A DNA stretch of 62,876 nt, filler included, from Choristocarpus tenellus KU-1152 (GCA_964200185.2; 14 parts of 14 records of this genome joined end to end with filler, not necessarily neighbours in it); one strand, 5' to 3'; shown: positions 1-13,654, numbered from the whole stretch's first letter. Translations and numbers: made by a program. Notes: generated by a model not told the origin, from the sequence alone.

Positions 1-193
1 TCACGTCTTGACTGGTGGTGATGAAGCCCCACCTTTGATGGTGTTCATCACTCCTAAGTTTGCACTTGTCCAACCTCAACCTCGTACCCTCGGTCACGGT
101 TCGTCCTAGTTCTTGTGGTGCGTCTTGCCCGGTGATTCTCTTCACCGCCCTTACCTGAGTGAACCACGCCGCCACAGAATCACACGATTCACA
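1..193 (+). mobile_element. Probable 3' part of a 5' LTR, truncated by the window edge
   Basis: Ends in ...GATTCACA (CA terminus). After one spacer base comes TGGCGACACCGG, the usual LTR-PBS junction. No gag ORF is recognisable downstream. Confidence 0.45.
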
Positions 194-194
194 T

Positions 195-237
195 TGGCGA
201 CACCGGTGAGATTCGAACTCCCGCGTGCAAAGCACAC
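195..237 (-). other. 3' half of tRNA-Ser including CCA (extended primer-binding site or tRNA fragment)
   Basis: Minus strand reads TGTGTGCTTTGCACGCGGGAGTTCGAATCTCACCGGTGTCGCCA: variable arm GTGC-TTT-GCAC, T-loop TTCGAAT, discriminator G, CCA. This fits the eukaryotic tRNA-Ser(GCT) type. The 5' half is absent. Confidence 0.8.
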
Positions 238-2355
238 AAAAATACTTGAAAAAAAGTAAAAAAAACATTACAGTGGGGGTTCCTGTGCTCATTCCTCCAC
301 CTCCTCTTGAACCTTGAACTGGACCTACTTGCTGGAGTCATTTGGCAATGAAGACTTGCCACCTCGTTTTTGGGTTTCCCGCCGTGTTTTTGGTGGCATT
401 GCTGTATACCGGAGGATAGAGTAAATGTAGGTGTACAAAATCCGTAGTGCTTACCTTATATTGTAGACTTTTTTGGATTGTTGAAGACAGATTTCTCTTA
501 ATATAGTTAGGGGTTGAGTAGGTCTTAACCTGAAATTTCCTGGAAGGACATATCGTACTTGGAACCACTAAGGTCTAACAAATGGTTCTCAACTCAATGA
601 AGTTTTATGCAAGAGCGGAGCGTGCTTGAGGCTCATTCGGGCTAGGGGTAGAAACCTCAACCCTTTTTGCATGGAATGATTTGTGTGCATCATGAACGAT
701 GATCTTTTGCACCATTATATAAAGACATATAATATATATATATCTGTGTGGTCATTTTTTAAACTATGATGTCCTTGCGATGGGATAACGTTTACACATT
801 GCACACGGATATATTGGTGAAGTATTTCACTCTGAATCCGGGTTCAGGTGATTCATGACGTATGTTGGCAGAGAGGAGAATATGCGCCTTGGCGTGAATA
901 TACAACAGTAGTGTTACAAGGAAGGGACTTGTGGTCTAATTTCGATTGACTCAACTGGTGGGGCATACAACTGGCAGGACCATTACTGTTCCTTCAGTGT
1001 GAGGTTGCTAATCATCCACACTACCAATGCATTACTTATTTTCTTGTCACTGCTCATTAGACACCAACCAATATCAAGACATCTGGTGCAGTATATCACA
1101 TCATGTACACAAGTAGAATGTTCTGACACAACATAATATTATATTGGTAGAGATTCATCACTGACTCTATACCCTGTCTACTCTAAGGTGTATCAGCAGC
1201 ACTATCCATAGCACATCTCAACACGGCATCACTTTGACTCTTCATGCTGCATTCATGTACATGCAAAGAGAAGGCAATATAATAAACTGTGTTTATACTT
1301 ACACCTGCACGTTGCGTCCAAATACACCACCCGTCGTACACACAACGACTTTCGAAAAATATGTCACGGAAGTACCGTGTAGATGTACAATAGTATGACG
1401 TCATAAATTATACACACAACGTACAGTGTGCACTGGGGAATCGGAAACTCTCAAGGAATCGACCACTGGTCACTTTTTCACACTCATTTTCGAGAAACTC
1501 TAACCTGTGCGTGAAAAATAACCCCAAGCTTTGTTTGAAATGAAAAAAGTAGGACAGTGGGGGTTCCCGAGGTTTCCCTGTGCACTTCAGTGGTTGGATG
1601 GCTAAACTCGGGACATGAAAAGCAAGGCACAAGTGGAGATAATGCAATCAGTTACTGTGTACAAGTTGAAAAAAATGCGAAAAAATTGTTGCGCATTATG
1701 TAGGCCTCTGACAACAGACTAGGACGTTTCCCAGGCAAGATAATTTAACAAAAATATGGAAGTACTGGGATCAGATACCATGATTTTCCCCTCGAGCACC
1801 TGGCACCCCTGCTTGAGGACCTTCAACACCTCTGGTAGTACCTGGCTTAAATTTCAACACAACTGTATTATTTATAGTAGTAGTGCGAAGTGTAGATACA
1901 GAAACATATTTGTCAATCTGTACATTACTGTTGGGGGTTCTTAGACTTGCATGCTCACTGGTTTCAAGCTTAATGATGAAGTTGCAGCCTTCCACTTCGT
2001 CACCACTTGCTCTCATGCCTGTGCTCGGCCTCCCTCGTCACATAAACTCAATGAATTCAGCAACATCAACATCACAATTTATTGACAATAGTGCAGTATT
2101 CACTAATGTACATTGAATAGCATCTTCTGGGGTGCTGCTTCTGTAATTACTGCTACTGTATAAGCCACTACCACCACCACAAAAAAGTAACAGGACAAAA
2201 GAGTAACACTCCAAAGTCAGAACGTGGGTGGGTGTATATTTCAGCCTCGTGTACAGTGCTTATGGGCCAGAGTTGTGGATAATGGCATGAGTGCAGCAAC
2301 GAAACATACCTATAAGAAAGATCAACAACCCTTTTCCTTATTCCTCGAATGTTTT

Positions 2356-2537
2356 GATCCAAAGTATCTGTGGTGGGGGGGGTGTGCCTACACCAGGATG
2401 TCCGTTTGGACCAAAATCAGGAAAAGTACATTTACATCATCCATCCGACGTATGCAACCAAATCACCAAAAAATCGCGACAAAAAAAAATTGACCCCAAA
2501 TGGACAGCCACTACCCCCCCCTCAGATACTTCGAGCC
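2356..2537 (+). mobile_element. MITE family A, full copy (182 bp)
   Basis: Terminal inverted repeats (TIRs) GATCCAAAGTATCTG ... CAGATACTTCGAGCC. TTT on both flanks. Body matches many other copies in the window. Confidence 0.9.
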
Positions 2538-2649
2538 TTTCATCGACCAGAAACATAACCGTCCCCAAAATATTTCTTCTCCTGATATGTGTGTGCATGT
2601 CCAACTCTCACGAACCTTTGTTTTTTTCGCAACTCTGCACTCACAACAA

Positions 2650-3084
2650 CAGGATTGGAGATTACGAGTGAATGGTTCTTGAAGTACCTCTTCGTAATCT
2701 AGTTTTGTTTGATTAGTGTTTCCTGTATGAGAAAAGGGTTCGAAATGAAGATGAAGATGGTCAACAAAAATGCTTGTTGAGACGGTCGTACCACTGGCGG
2801 TCAAAACCTCTCCCAGTCTGTGTCTCTTCGTCTTGCTGGTACACCATCCAGCGGTCCATCCATTTTCTCGGTTCCTCCCCAATACGGTTCTGCACCTCAT
2901 ACCAGTAGTTTCGCACGAAGAGAATCATCTCCTCGTCGGTGTCAAAGTAATGCCTCAGGATCAAATGGTCTTCCATCTTGTCGCGGTGATAGTCATAGAT
3001 GTCATTGAGAGCCGCAGCAGCCTTAGCCGCTTCTTCAGCCTCTTCCTGAGGAATAGGGCGAAAAGGGTGTAGAATACATTGCAA
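2650..3084 (-). pseudogene. Decayed ORF of unknown function
   Basis: 107-aa protein-like ORF (EEAEEAAKAAAALNDIYDYHRDKMEDHLILRHYF...). The frame continues plausibly past the TGA at 2761. Confidence 0.4.
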
Positions 3085-3489
3085 AATCCATTATTCTCGT
3101 GTTGTCTCTTCCCCTAAATTTACTCTATCAGAAAAATTTCTAGATTTGATCATCGACTCGCATCAAGTCTGCACCATAGAACACGATAATCACTAGCAAG
3201 TCGTATGTTTGCTGACTAAACACCTCTTACATTCTTTGCAACTAGGACGGTCTAAGTTGAGAATATTTTCATTTGAACGGCATACAAGCGAGTACAGAGA
3301 GAGGAAGTGGCAATGCATCTTGTACTGGGGTAGGTAGAGTGAATAGGTTGTGAGCTACGCCTCACATCTGTACCAATGGTTCAATCACCCCTTGTCAATC
3401 GTTACTTCTGTACAGTTTTAAGATAGCGATCGGATTTAGCAGCATGTTTGACAGAGGGTCGACAAGAACATGACAAGTGTCTGACTTAC

Positions 3490-4563
3490 CTTTGACCATT
3501 CCTCCCCAGTCCATATCAAACCAGCACAGGGAGTCAGAGCTCCGGTCCACTTGCGATATTCCAGATACTTATCCAGTGGCACTTTTTGCATGGCCGCTTC
3601 AACCCCGTCTGGCGTAGCGAGCATACGATTAAAGGCGATCATGTTCGAAGTGCATCTGTCGATCTCAATCATAGCAGCTTTGCTATGCGTTTTGAAACGA
3701 CGTTGAACCTGTAGGGAAGTGAAGTCACCCTGTGTCAGTCATTTTGCAAGAATTGGTGAATTGCACTCCCAGTATTATGACTCGCAAAACCTGATAACAA
3801 CGATGTGATACATTTTTTTCCCCTCATGGTAAGTTCATATCAAGAACAGGTGGTACCAGTCTCCTACCGTCACAAGAAATTGATGATGTCGGGCACCTCT
3901 TTGTGGCATACCTCGTTCACAAGTTCTGTGTAAGTAGCCTGGGCGGTGGGTGCGAGCTTCATCAGTGGCCCGAATTTGGAAACATCGTAACTCTCGTTGA
4001 AATCTTGTGAATTCTGCATATCAAGGTACCTCATGTGCGCTAGAGTGGGGTGATGGCAGGAGATCAATGTGGTGAGCAGGATACGTCGCATGAGAGTATA
4101 GTTGTGATCCTCACACACGCGAGGTCAGAGTTGCGTAGGTGGATCTAGCAGTAACTGAAATCGACTAGGCGGGGGAAGAACGGTGCACCAATAGAGAACA
4201 CAAAAAAGCTCTGTGCACGAACGCATGCATGTAAGCAGTTAACACAACATGATCTTGTGCATTTTTTTTACCTTCGTCGGTGTTGCCATCTGTTTCAGGG
4301 TTGTAACCTGCCCATGGATCATTGTCTACGATCCAGTCTAGTTTCCACAGCAAGAGCGTATAGAGTCTGTTGATTGTTTCGTCCTCGACTGGCTTGTCAT
4401 CTCGTGCCATAACGCGAGCGAACTCGCTGCTGAATCTGTCGGGTAGCTCCTCGGCCCAGAGGTTCTTGTCAGGAATTTGGACTATCGTGTCTAACGCTTC
4501 ACATGCCATGATGGGATAAGATTGGTTTGTTGTGAAGGGTGGGTGAGTGGGAAACCTTGGCAT
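3490..4563 (-). pseudogene. Decayed intron-containing gene of unknown function
   Basis: ORFs 4165-4563 and 3870-4118 are separated by a frameshift and stops. Downstream exon 3490-3708 is bounded by CCTACAG and GTAAGT. Confidence 0.5.
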
Positions 4564-4865
4564 CGTGTTGAACCGAAGTTTTGAAATGCGTTTTTAATTG
4601 CTGGTGATAAAACAAATATTTATTTCACACAGTAATTATACTTAAAGTATGACGAACAGTTTTTATGTGACAAAGTTTCAATGAAATAGAAGAGTCATTT
4701 GGAGGGAATCTCAATTACATATGGAAAATACATTGATTTCCTATTGCCGAATAATATCCTCAACAACTCATGAACTCTCCACACTCCCATAACAAAGTTC
4801 TCAGGTTTTGCTGTAGTTCCATTTTCACCTTCATTGGTACATTCATTCAACGATATTATTATTCA

Positions 4866-5178
4866 AAAATGTCAGAGGGCATAATAATAAAATATTACTC
4901 TATAGGAAGCAGAGGAAGACAGTAGCACAATATATATTTTATTTCCTTAGGGCTAACAACGACATATATATAGTTTTCATTGGTTTCCCCCCTGACATAT
5001 CTGCAAGATGTCCGTGATCATAATAATAAAATATAATAAATTAATAATAAAATCCAATGAAACAATATACTAAATTATTGATCATGAAGAACCATTCTGT
5101 TATACATTATTTGCAAGATGTTAATGGGGATAGTAATACAATATTTTATATTCATATTATTATGCCCTCTGACATTTT
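4866..5178. repeat. Perfect 24-bp inverted repeat pair around an AT-rich core (putative MITE)
   Basis: AAAATGTCAGAGGGCATAATAATA at 4866 and its reverse complement at 5155-5178. The arm recurs at about 58726. Confidence 0.7.
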
Positions 5179-6066
5179 GCAGATGTGTCTGTATTGAAAA
5201 CGATGACGAAAACTTTGAGAAGTTGATGGCAATATAATGAGCAAAAATATTTTATGTCTAGAGTGATTTTAGGAAAGGTCTTGGTTCAATATACGGTATA
5301 GTACATGTGGAAGTGGTGAACTGATTAGTGGTTTCCACGCAATATCTTATATTTCGTATACCGTTCCCTTAGGCATTTACCAAATTCGAAATTTGGCGGT
5401 ATCAGGAAATCTCCGAATTAGTTAGAGCCCACACTAAAAATGGACCGTATATATAACCCTGATGAGTATTTTATGGCGTGATAGGGTGTACGGAGGATGC
5501 AACGATTGAATCGGCATCGTACTGAACTTACAATTGTATCAAGTCAAATCTTCAAGGCAACATTTTAATTAACAAAAACATGTCGTATTTTCGATCAGTC
5601 AATCAAGTCCAAGCTGTCTGTCCCGAAGTTTCAAAGGTTACTTTTAGGATCCTTTACATCTTCTCAATTTTGGGGATTTTCAGGTATGAGGAATAAAATA
5701 CGTTACCATGGGTAGAACGATGTGGTGAGAATGATGCAGGCACATTTTTACATGGGGAAAAATATTTATTTGATTGGAAAATACAACATACGTGGAATCT
5801 TTCATATTGTTATAACTACATTATGTGTCGATTTGTCAAAGGTGCTAAGTTCTCAGCTGAAGGGGGCAATCACAATCATCAGATTGAACTCCTTAACCTC
5901 AGTGAGTGAGACCGAGTTTCAAAGGTCTTGGCTCATATCTCAGAACAGATGAGGAAATCCAGAACAGTACAGAAGCCTTAAAACACAGCAGATATTCCCG
6001 AATGATTGAGCAACATCACAGCAAATAAATAAGTCAGAATCGGAATGGTTCTTTCGTTCAGATAGT

Positions 6067-6090
6067 GACCCAAAGTATCTGGGAGGGGGG
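6067..6090 (+). mobile_element. MITE family A terminus at contig end
   Basis: GACCCAAAGTATCTGGGAGGGGGG followed by the gap. Confidence 0.8.
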
Positions 6091-6190
6091 NNNNNNNNNN
6101 NNNNNNNNNNNNNNNNNNNNNNNNNNNNNNNNNNTTAATTAATTAANNNNNNNNNNNNNNNNNNNNNNNNNNNNNNNNNNNNNNNNNNNN
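6091..6190. other. Artificial contig linker, first of 13 (others start at 9542, 13720, 18508, 21371, 25398, 31793, 36660, 44783, 48091, 52930, 56111, 60107)
   Basis: Each is 44 N + TTAATTAATTAA (stops in all six frames) + 44 N. Confidence 0.97.
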
Positions 6191-6788
6191 GGTGGCATGG
6201 CCGCTGGGGGCAGTGAGCGGTATACTCTTACAATGGTCCTTCCACTTCGTGGAGCCAAGGTGGAGTCAAAGAGGAGTGAGGGGCTAACAACTGTCTTGAG
6301 GATATCAAGGTGAGGCGGCTCTTGTTGAGTTGTGTTGATACTGTAGAGAGAACAGGCAAGGCACAGTGCTGTATCACTTGAATGTAACTGCCTTATGTTA
6401 TTTTTATCTTGAGAGGTAGGTTGTACTGGACTAGTGGATCTGAGGGTTCGCATGTTATTTTTATTTTACTCTAGCACCGGAGCGCACGCTCTTTTTTGTA
6501 AGAATAAAATTGTAAGAATAAAACCAATGCACTCTCCAGTACCTCTCCTTGAGACAGATGCCTGGCCCGCCTAGAATCCACTACTACCTGTGAAGCATGA
6601 TTTTTTTTCACAATTTTAACCAATACTCCATCCACTCTGTGTCCAGCAGAGCCAAGTCAACCAGAGCTGGAGGGGTCAGCAGGGAAGACAAGATGCAGGG
6701 GTTGACAGTTGCTGTGGCACCATCACCAAGAGAGGACTCTTTGCTCAAGGAGACAGTTTTGGAGGACCTGGTGCTGATTGCGGACAGG
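6191..6788 (+). CDS. Probable internal exons of an unknown gene (possibly PH-like)
   Basis: Open frame GGMAAGGSERYTLTMVLPLRGAKVESK... ending at G|GTGAGG (about 6309). Second exon about 6648-6788 ends at CAG|GTGTAT. Confidence 0.35.
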
Positions 6789-9700
6789 TGTATATTGTCA
6801 TAGGCTAAGCTTGAACTAAGTGTTTGGATTCACCAATCAAATAGCTTGCTGTAGATATTTTTTGGGGTCACCTATGTTTCCAATTTTTCCAGTTTGAGAA
6901 AAGAGAAACTTAGATCGAGAATTTTTTATTGTTTATATTGCGCTGGTTGTATCAACTTATATTTTAATTGTTTATACTGACGATAGCTTTCCAAAGGTTT
7001 TCAGTTATAAATGTTACAAGTTGAACCTCATGGAGTAAGTTACTGTTCCCAGGCCTTCCATATTTCGTCCGAACAGAGTGGCATTAAGATAGCAAATTCT
7101 AATGTTGGTGACAACTCAGAGTGTTAGTAGCATTAATTTCTCGCTCATCATGATCATGACCATCAACTCCCTTCCCACTCCCACCAATGAATGTGCTTGT
7201 GTTTGCTTGGTCGGAATGATCAGTACCACGTCTGCAAGGAATTGGACAAGGCTGTTGTCGTCGCATTGCACAGACAACATCCAATTGAGCCCAACACGTT
7301 CTAGAAAAAGCAGTGAGATTGGTGGCAGTGTGACGACTGGGGCAGGAGGTGGTTCAGGGGAAGTAACTGCATATCGCACGCTATTCATCGAATGCGAGAG
7401 CTTGACGCTGAAGGAGGCAAAATTCTTCAGCACTGAGCTATTAGAGGCATTGTCCGATAGGATGAGCATGATGGAATAGCGGTAATTTTTGGAGGAGCAG
7501 GTCTTGAGACAGAAAAAAATGTCTTCGTTAAGGAGAAGGACAGTGTGGACATTTCATTTGTTCTACAGCCACTGGTAGGTACAGGTTCACTTATTTTAGG
7601 ACCTGCAGTTTAGTCACAGCGTTGCTGATGTGTGCCTGCATGTTTAAATGCATTTTGATGCCACATGTGTCAAACAAGGTTGTGTAGAGGGTTCTGATAG
7701 TAAAAGAGTGCTTGTTGATGATCAGTTCTTGTTGGAAGCTCAAAGAATGATCTCCTTTTTTGCATTGTTACTTTAGGTCAATTGTACCGTGGGGCAGGGG
7801 GGGAGAGGGGGGGTTCTGCTTATCTTAAATGGTGTTTCGATTACTCCTATTGTTGTGTTAGGGGGGAGTGGTGTGATCGTGTGATCGTGATGTCATCGAT
7901 GTTTCTTTGCATTTATTTTCTGCTATGCTGTCTTTGAATAATGTTTATAATTACTTGGATTTTTATCCCATACACTGTTACTGTAGTCTGTTAACATTAG
8001 TACTTGATGTACCCATGTTTTAAGTGACATAGTCGACAAATCACCTTGTTCGAATTCACGCTAAATGCTCCCATACTTCAAGAATGTGTGAAAAAAGACA
8101 TCCATCACAGACCACATCATACTTTGAAGTGATGCAACTTGGAACTGTAATAGATCAACTTGATTCACTTAATAATACTCTTTCCTTTAGAGAAAGGAAA
8201 TACTTTCCATATTATTTGGTCAAGATGAACTATCCCCATGCTTTGTTCGGGCATTGGCGACCAGTTCTTCCTCCAGCACATACTGGAGCCAACTTTCCTT
8301 CGAGACAACGGTCCTTTCAAGAGGTTCCCTCTACCATACGCTTGACCATATACTCCCTCTGTCCCATAGGTCTGGTCCATTAATTGTACCTCTTCCGTAT
8401 GACCTCCGATTACAAAACGAACTTTTGCGTTGGATTCCTTGGAATATTTTACGACAAAAATTAAATTTCGAGTAATTATATTCTGTTCTGAAATGGTTCT
8501 GAAAGAATGGAACACACTATAGGGCATATTCTTAATCCAACTTATATCTTATTACTTTTAAGCTTGGGGCGCAAGACTTCTTTGAAAGATGGGAGATGTT
8601 GGGGGGCAGTCAGAGGGAAGACAGCTGCGACGTGGTGGCTGTGACTCCCATTACCACTCAGTGATGGGCGGACCTACAAAGTCAGGTTGAGGTGGGGATG
8701 AAAATGGGTGAGTGAGCACTACTGCAGACTGGAGCTGGTGTCTCCAGGTTAAAACACATGAACACATCTAGATAATAAAGACGGTTAGTTGCGTTGGGTT
8801 CCTTGGCGTTTTTTGCATTGAATGAATTACTCATCACTCTCATTTTCTCCTAAGGGCGTTGTGGATAACTTGATCCCCATTCACAGAGGTGCGTACAACG
8901 CAGCTACAATTTGGTGGATTGAGGGAGAGAATGGCAGCGACCTGTAATATTGTTAATGCAAAGAATGCCAAGGGATACAACGCAACTAACGAGGTCTTCA
9001 TCGGATGTCTCATTGAGACGTTTTGGTTGATTAACCATCATTTCCAGCCATTTTTGGTCGGTTTTGTCGTTTTGCTAACTAAATCTGTCATTTCCGAAAA
9101 AAAAACGTTTTTTGCTTTCAGTTGCGTCCTTTCCTGCAGATTGCAATAAAGCAGCAAGCATAAAACCTTCTTCGCATGCACTGCAAGTACATGGAGACAC
9201 CCCCACAAACAATTACACGCACATGCAAATTTCCTTCTCGTTGTAAAAATGTACATCCCAGCAGCAATAATGTACTACACATTGTTGAGGAAATGGTCCA
9301 GAATGTGATTTTTTAATGCTGTCTGGCAGGTCTCTGGTCCCTGATGCCTTGACCCCAATAGCTGAAAATCTCCTGTTGGCCACATTAAAGGTCAAAGTTA
9401 CACACAGGTACGCATGTACAGTTAGCTTGATCATCAAATCTTGCACTGGCATGCAGGCACCTGGGCACATTCTGCTCCTAACAGGGATTTCTCAAAATTG
9501 AGGATGGTGCAGGACTATGAGGATGGTTGTTTTGCGAAAACNNNNNNNNNNNNNNNNNNNNNNNNNNNNNNNNNNNNNNNNNNNNTTAATTAATTAANNN
9601 NNNNNNNNNNNNNNNNNNNNNNNNNNNNNNNNNNNNNNNNNCCCACCCCTCGATCCGCTCCATTATACAAGTGTGTTGTATCTGATGTTGAAGCAATATA

Positions 9701-9820
9701 GCCCTAACCCTAGCAAATCCTGCCTCTGTAGTCCTGAACAGTGTCTTGTGTCTCTACGGTGGTAACGGTTGCCCCGTTGTCTTTTTTTCTGTTTTATGTG
9801 ACACCGCTCTGTTTTGTCAG

Positions 9821-10511
9821 GTACATTCTCAATCTGACAGTTTCGGATCACACTGGAAAGGCCTGGGTGACAGCGTTCAATGACGTAGCCCTTCCCCTTC
9901 TTAATGGCAAAACTGCGGATGAGCTTAATGAGCTCAAGGAGAATGGCCATGTAGGTAACTCGGGTTGATAGTGCTGACTGCTATCATTTTGGTGTGATAT
10001 CACATACACCCTTGTGTTTCTATCCCTCTCTCACCGTTACAAAGTGCTTGTCCTGTTCCCCCTCCCCCCCTCCCCATTTATGTGTACCTTCAAGTTTTGT
10101 TTTGTTTTCCTGTGCTCTTTACAAGAAATGCTCCCTGATAAGGACGGGTGTTAATTCCTTTTGTTACAATGTTGCTCTTATTTTTCAAGGGGTGGGCCCT
10201 GGATGGCGTAGCAAGCTTCTCTGGAGTAGTTCTTGGCATTGTAAAGCAGGCTGTGTTGTCTTGTTGGGTTGTTTACGGAGTGCTTGCCCTGCCCTGTCCC
10301 ACCCCCCTGTTTTGTTTAATGAATGTAGGAAGCAGCATACGATGACGTGTTCCAGGAGGCATGCTTCAAGACCTTTTTGATGACACTGAGGGTGAAGGCA
10401 GAGATGGTACAAGATGAGATGAGAATTAAGAACACCATACAGCGCATGTCCCCCATTGACTTGCCAACAGAAAACCAGGCTCTTTTGAGTGCCATTGCAA
10501 AATACAACTGA
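9821..10511 (+). CDS. RPA1: Replication protein A 70-kDa subunit, last two exons (9821-9950, 10329-10511)
   Basis: [22 protein letters not shown]...ADELNELKE + [34 protein letters not shown]...* is the Rep_fac-A_C OB fold. GT-AG junctions are in phase. Confidence 0.93.
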
Positions 10512-13500
10512 ACAAGGAGTGAAGCAAATGAATGCATGGGAGGGAGGCGAGGGGGGGGGGAGAGAGACTTGATTTCTTTCTTTGTATCAATTTCATCTTT
10601 ATTGAGCAAGGGTGACACAAGACAGTTTGGTTTGATTTTCACGTGTGGAGGCAGTGATAAACGCTGCTGTATTTTCATAGAGTGGGGGTGTCACAGTGAG
10701 AAGCTGGTATAGGACAGCCATGGACCTTCGTAGAGCAGAAAGTAATTGTCTCACCTCACCTATGGGTTGAGTGCATGGTGCAATGAAGAAGTGCTTTTGC
10801 TTTTTGTGTCTTTATTTTTGTGAATGTTTGCATGTGTGTGTGTGTGATGTTTGTTTGGTTTAGGGTTGTTGTTCAACACATGGTGCGTTGGTGGTCACAG
10901 GTGGACTGATTTGTTGTCGTCATGACTGCTGTTGTGTTCCCCTTCTTTTACTCTTGTATTATTTATGGCCCAGTACTACTATCACTCCGGAGCATGTCGG
11001 TCTGAAGATTGGTGTATGCTGTGTGCGTGTGTATGTATGCGCTGCTGTAATTGGGCTGTCCATAATGCATGAACAGCATCCAATACCACTTATGTTAATA
11101 CAAGCAGAGAGGGTATGCATAAGCGAGGAGTTCCTCTATAGGTCACCTAAGCATGTACATCACTGTCCTTGAACGCTAGAATGTCTCCATGTAGGGAGGA
11201 TGTTTAAAAAGGAGCTGTAGATGTCAGCTGGTGGGTCAAGGGGACTTCTGAAGGGGGACAATTATCAGTACTCAGCTTCCACGATGCCATATGCAATTCG
11301 CCATCCTAGGAGTGAAAGTTGTAAGAAGATAAATAAATAGCAATTGTTTCTTGGATGAGAAATATTCCCTTTGGGTGGCACTACAGCTCTTTGCCCTCTC
11401 CCTAGTGTTGAGACTGCCTATGAAGGGAAGTGTGCACATCAATTCTGCATAGAAACACACACACACACACACAAGCACAAATATCTGCTTTGTTACTAGT
11501 CATTCCTGCTGTGTGTGTTGTAGGGCAACTTTGGAATCTCTGGTAATGAATAGTAGAGAAAGCCATCAGACATGACAAGGGAATGAGTGACACACTCAAG
11601 GAGTCAACCACCGAATGTGCATGCACATATCTATGTTGTAAAATACAACAGCAGAATTGGGTTTTTGTTGCACTTTCGCGTAATGTATACACTTCCAGAC
11701 GTGTCAGGACAGGAGTTTTTCCGAGAGCGTGTACATTTGAACACACCCTCTTGGAGCGTACAAGGGTCACTAGCACTGTATAGTGGTAATAATAGTACAA
11801 GTGTAACAGCTTTTCCTCATGATGCGTAGTGTAAGGATTTCTTGCCTTCTTCCTCGACTCTTTGGTGTTAGGGTATCATATTAATATGTAACCACTATAG
11901 TATTAGTGGGCGCTTGTGAGGCGAATACTTCACTGCCCCCTGGGCGCTCCCCCTTGCCAGCCCTGCAGGGTTAAGTGTTCATGCAAAAATAACCTCCTGA
12001 GATATCGTTGGAGTACACAGAAGTAGTAGTATGCGCACCACCTGTACTGCTGCAGCCTGCGATGTTGTGGTGTTCCTCTCTCTTCCCCCTGCACCCTGCA
12101 CCCTGTTTTTTGCATGCACCATACACTAAATAGTAAGAGTATTCTATAATATAAAAAATGAACAAGGATTTCGCACACCTTTGAAGGCATTTTGAAGTTT
12201 TTACATATTCTTTTTCCACCTTGAAGCAAATACATGGTGAATGGACAGCTGTCAGGTCTGTAAGAACCTCGAAACAGAGGCGGTTCACATACCCTGCTCT
12301 CTCCACACCCACCTGTATTTTATCCACTCTGAAACTGATTGGCATACTATTATTCTCAAATCAAGTAGACTGATCACAAGTCTTTGCTGTACTGTCCATG
12401 TATGTAACGTACACAGCTGCTCCCCAGAGCGATGGTTATCCTCTAAACCATCTTGATGAAGAAATAGTATGTTGGAGTTGCTTTTCACAGTTTTACCTCT
12501 GTTGCTCGCACAAACTGTACATTGCAGAAGAGGAACTGCAAGTAAACGATATTGGGGAGTCCCCTCCATAATACTTTAGAAGTGCCCCATAGTTTGAGCA
12601 ATATAGATTATAATAATGATGATCCGTAGTTTTTCAAATAGTGTGATAAGCACTGTGAATTTACTGAATACTCTGGAGTATATATTATCATTCCCACGAA
12701 TATTTCGCAGATGTTGCCATTGAGAGAACAAAAAGAAACATCTTGTTAATACTCCAGATCTACCATCGAGTCAGGGCCAAGACCTGATATCAAGTGATAC
12801 CATTTGAGAAGAGGGTGTCGTAGAGCCTTACAGGCCCCTACGGTGACTGTGATACTCTTGTGTGTATGTGTTTTGAGCGGTGTGGAGCGCTTTCGGCTAA
12901 AAATGTATTCACAGCTCATCTTCTTCTACAGGCACGTCCTCCTATGAAAGGTAAGCTATATTTCAGGCCTGAGCGTGGCGTTATTGATCAAGTCCAAAGA
13001 GGTCTTGAAAGCTAAAAGGGGTCAAAACCGAGCTCCTTCTTATACAGTCTCGCTCATCAGGAGGTGCTCTCAAGGTATTAAGCACTACTGTATTATAATT
13101 CGTAAATTCACTTTAGCAAGTTCATCAGATGATTATTACTAGGCATGCGATATATTTGTACGTATACATAAATACGCGCATGGTTGGATCCACCTCACTC
13201 CATGGCAATAAGAAGGGTAACATTGAATAACATCAATATATTTATGTTGACTTTGAGGGGGGGGGAGGTGCTTGAGTTTAGAAAATACTGAAAGGGCCGG
13301 TGTGATAAAAATGGAACTTGATGAAAGCAAACTAGTTGTTGGAAGAACAACAATGTACCCTGTCTATCTACAACCAACTCAAACCCCAACAGTGCACCCA
13401 TCATCCCAGTCTCAGGCAATCTGTTACAACAGTATCGATCTCAAAATTCGTTCTTGCTGTTGAGTGAGAAGAAAATCAAGGTAGCTCTAAAAAGATCTGG

Positions 13501-13654
13501 ACTGTGACTGACGTGGTATCTCTATTCGTTGATTGTCCTAAAAATGATAAGTAGTGGAATTCTCACCATTTCAGTAGTGTGGGAGTGCTAGGTACAATAA
13601 ATGCTACCACTGTTGTTGATAGTGTATATTAATAGGATGCAAGTGCAAGTCACC

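Noticed and set aside
195-237. Functional tRNA-Ser gene
   Set aside because: No D-arm or anticodon arm, a T-stem mismatch, and no poly-T terminator.
6135-6146. Recurrent palindrome TTAATTAATTAA as a biological repeat
   Set aside because: Always centred in exactly 44+44 Ns, so it is an artificial six-frame stop linker.
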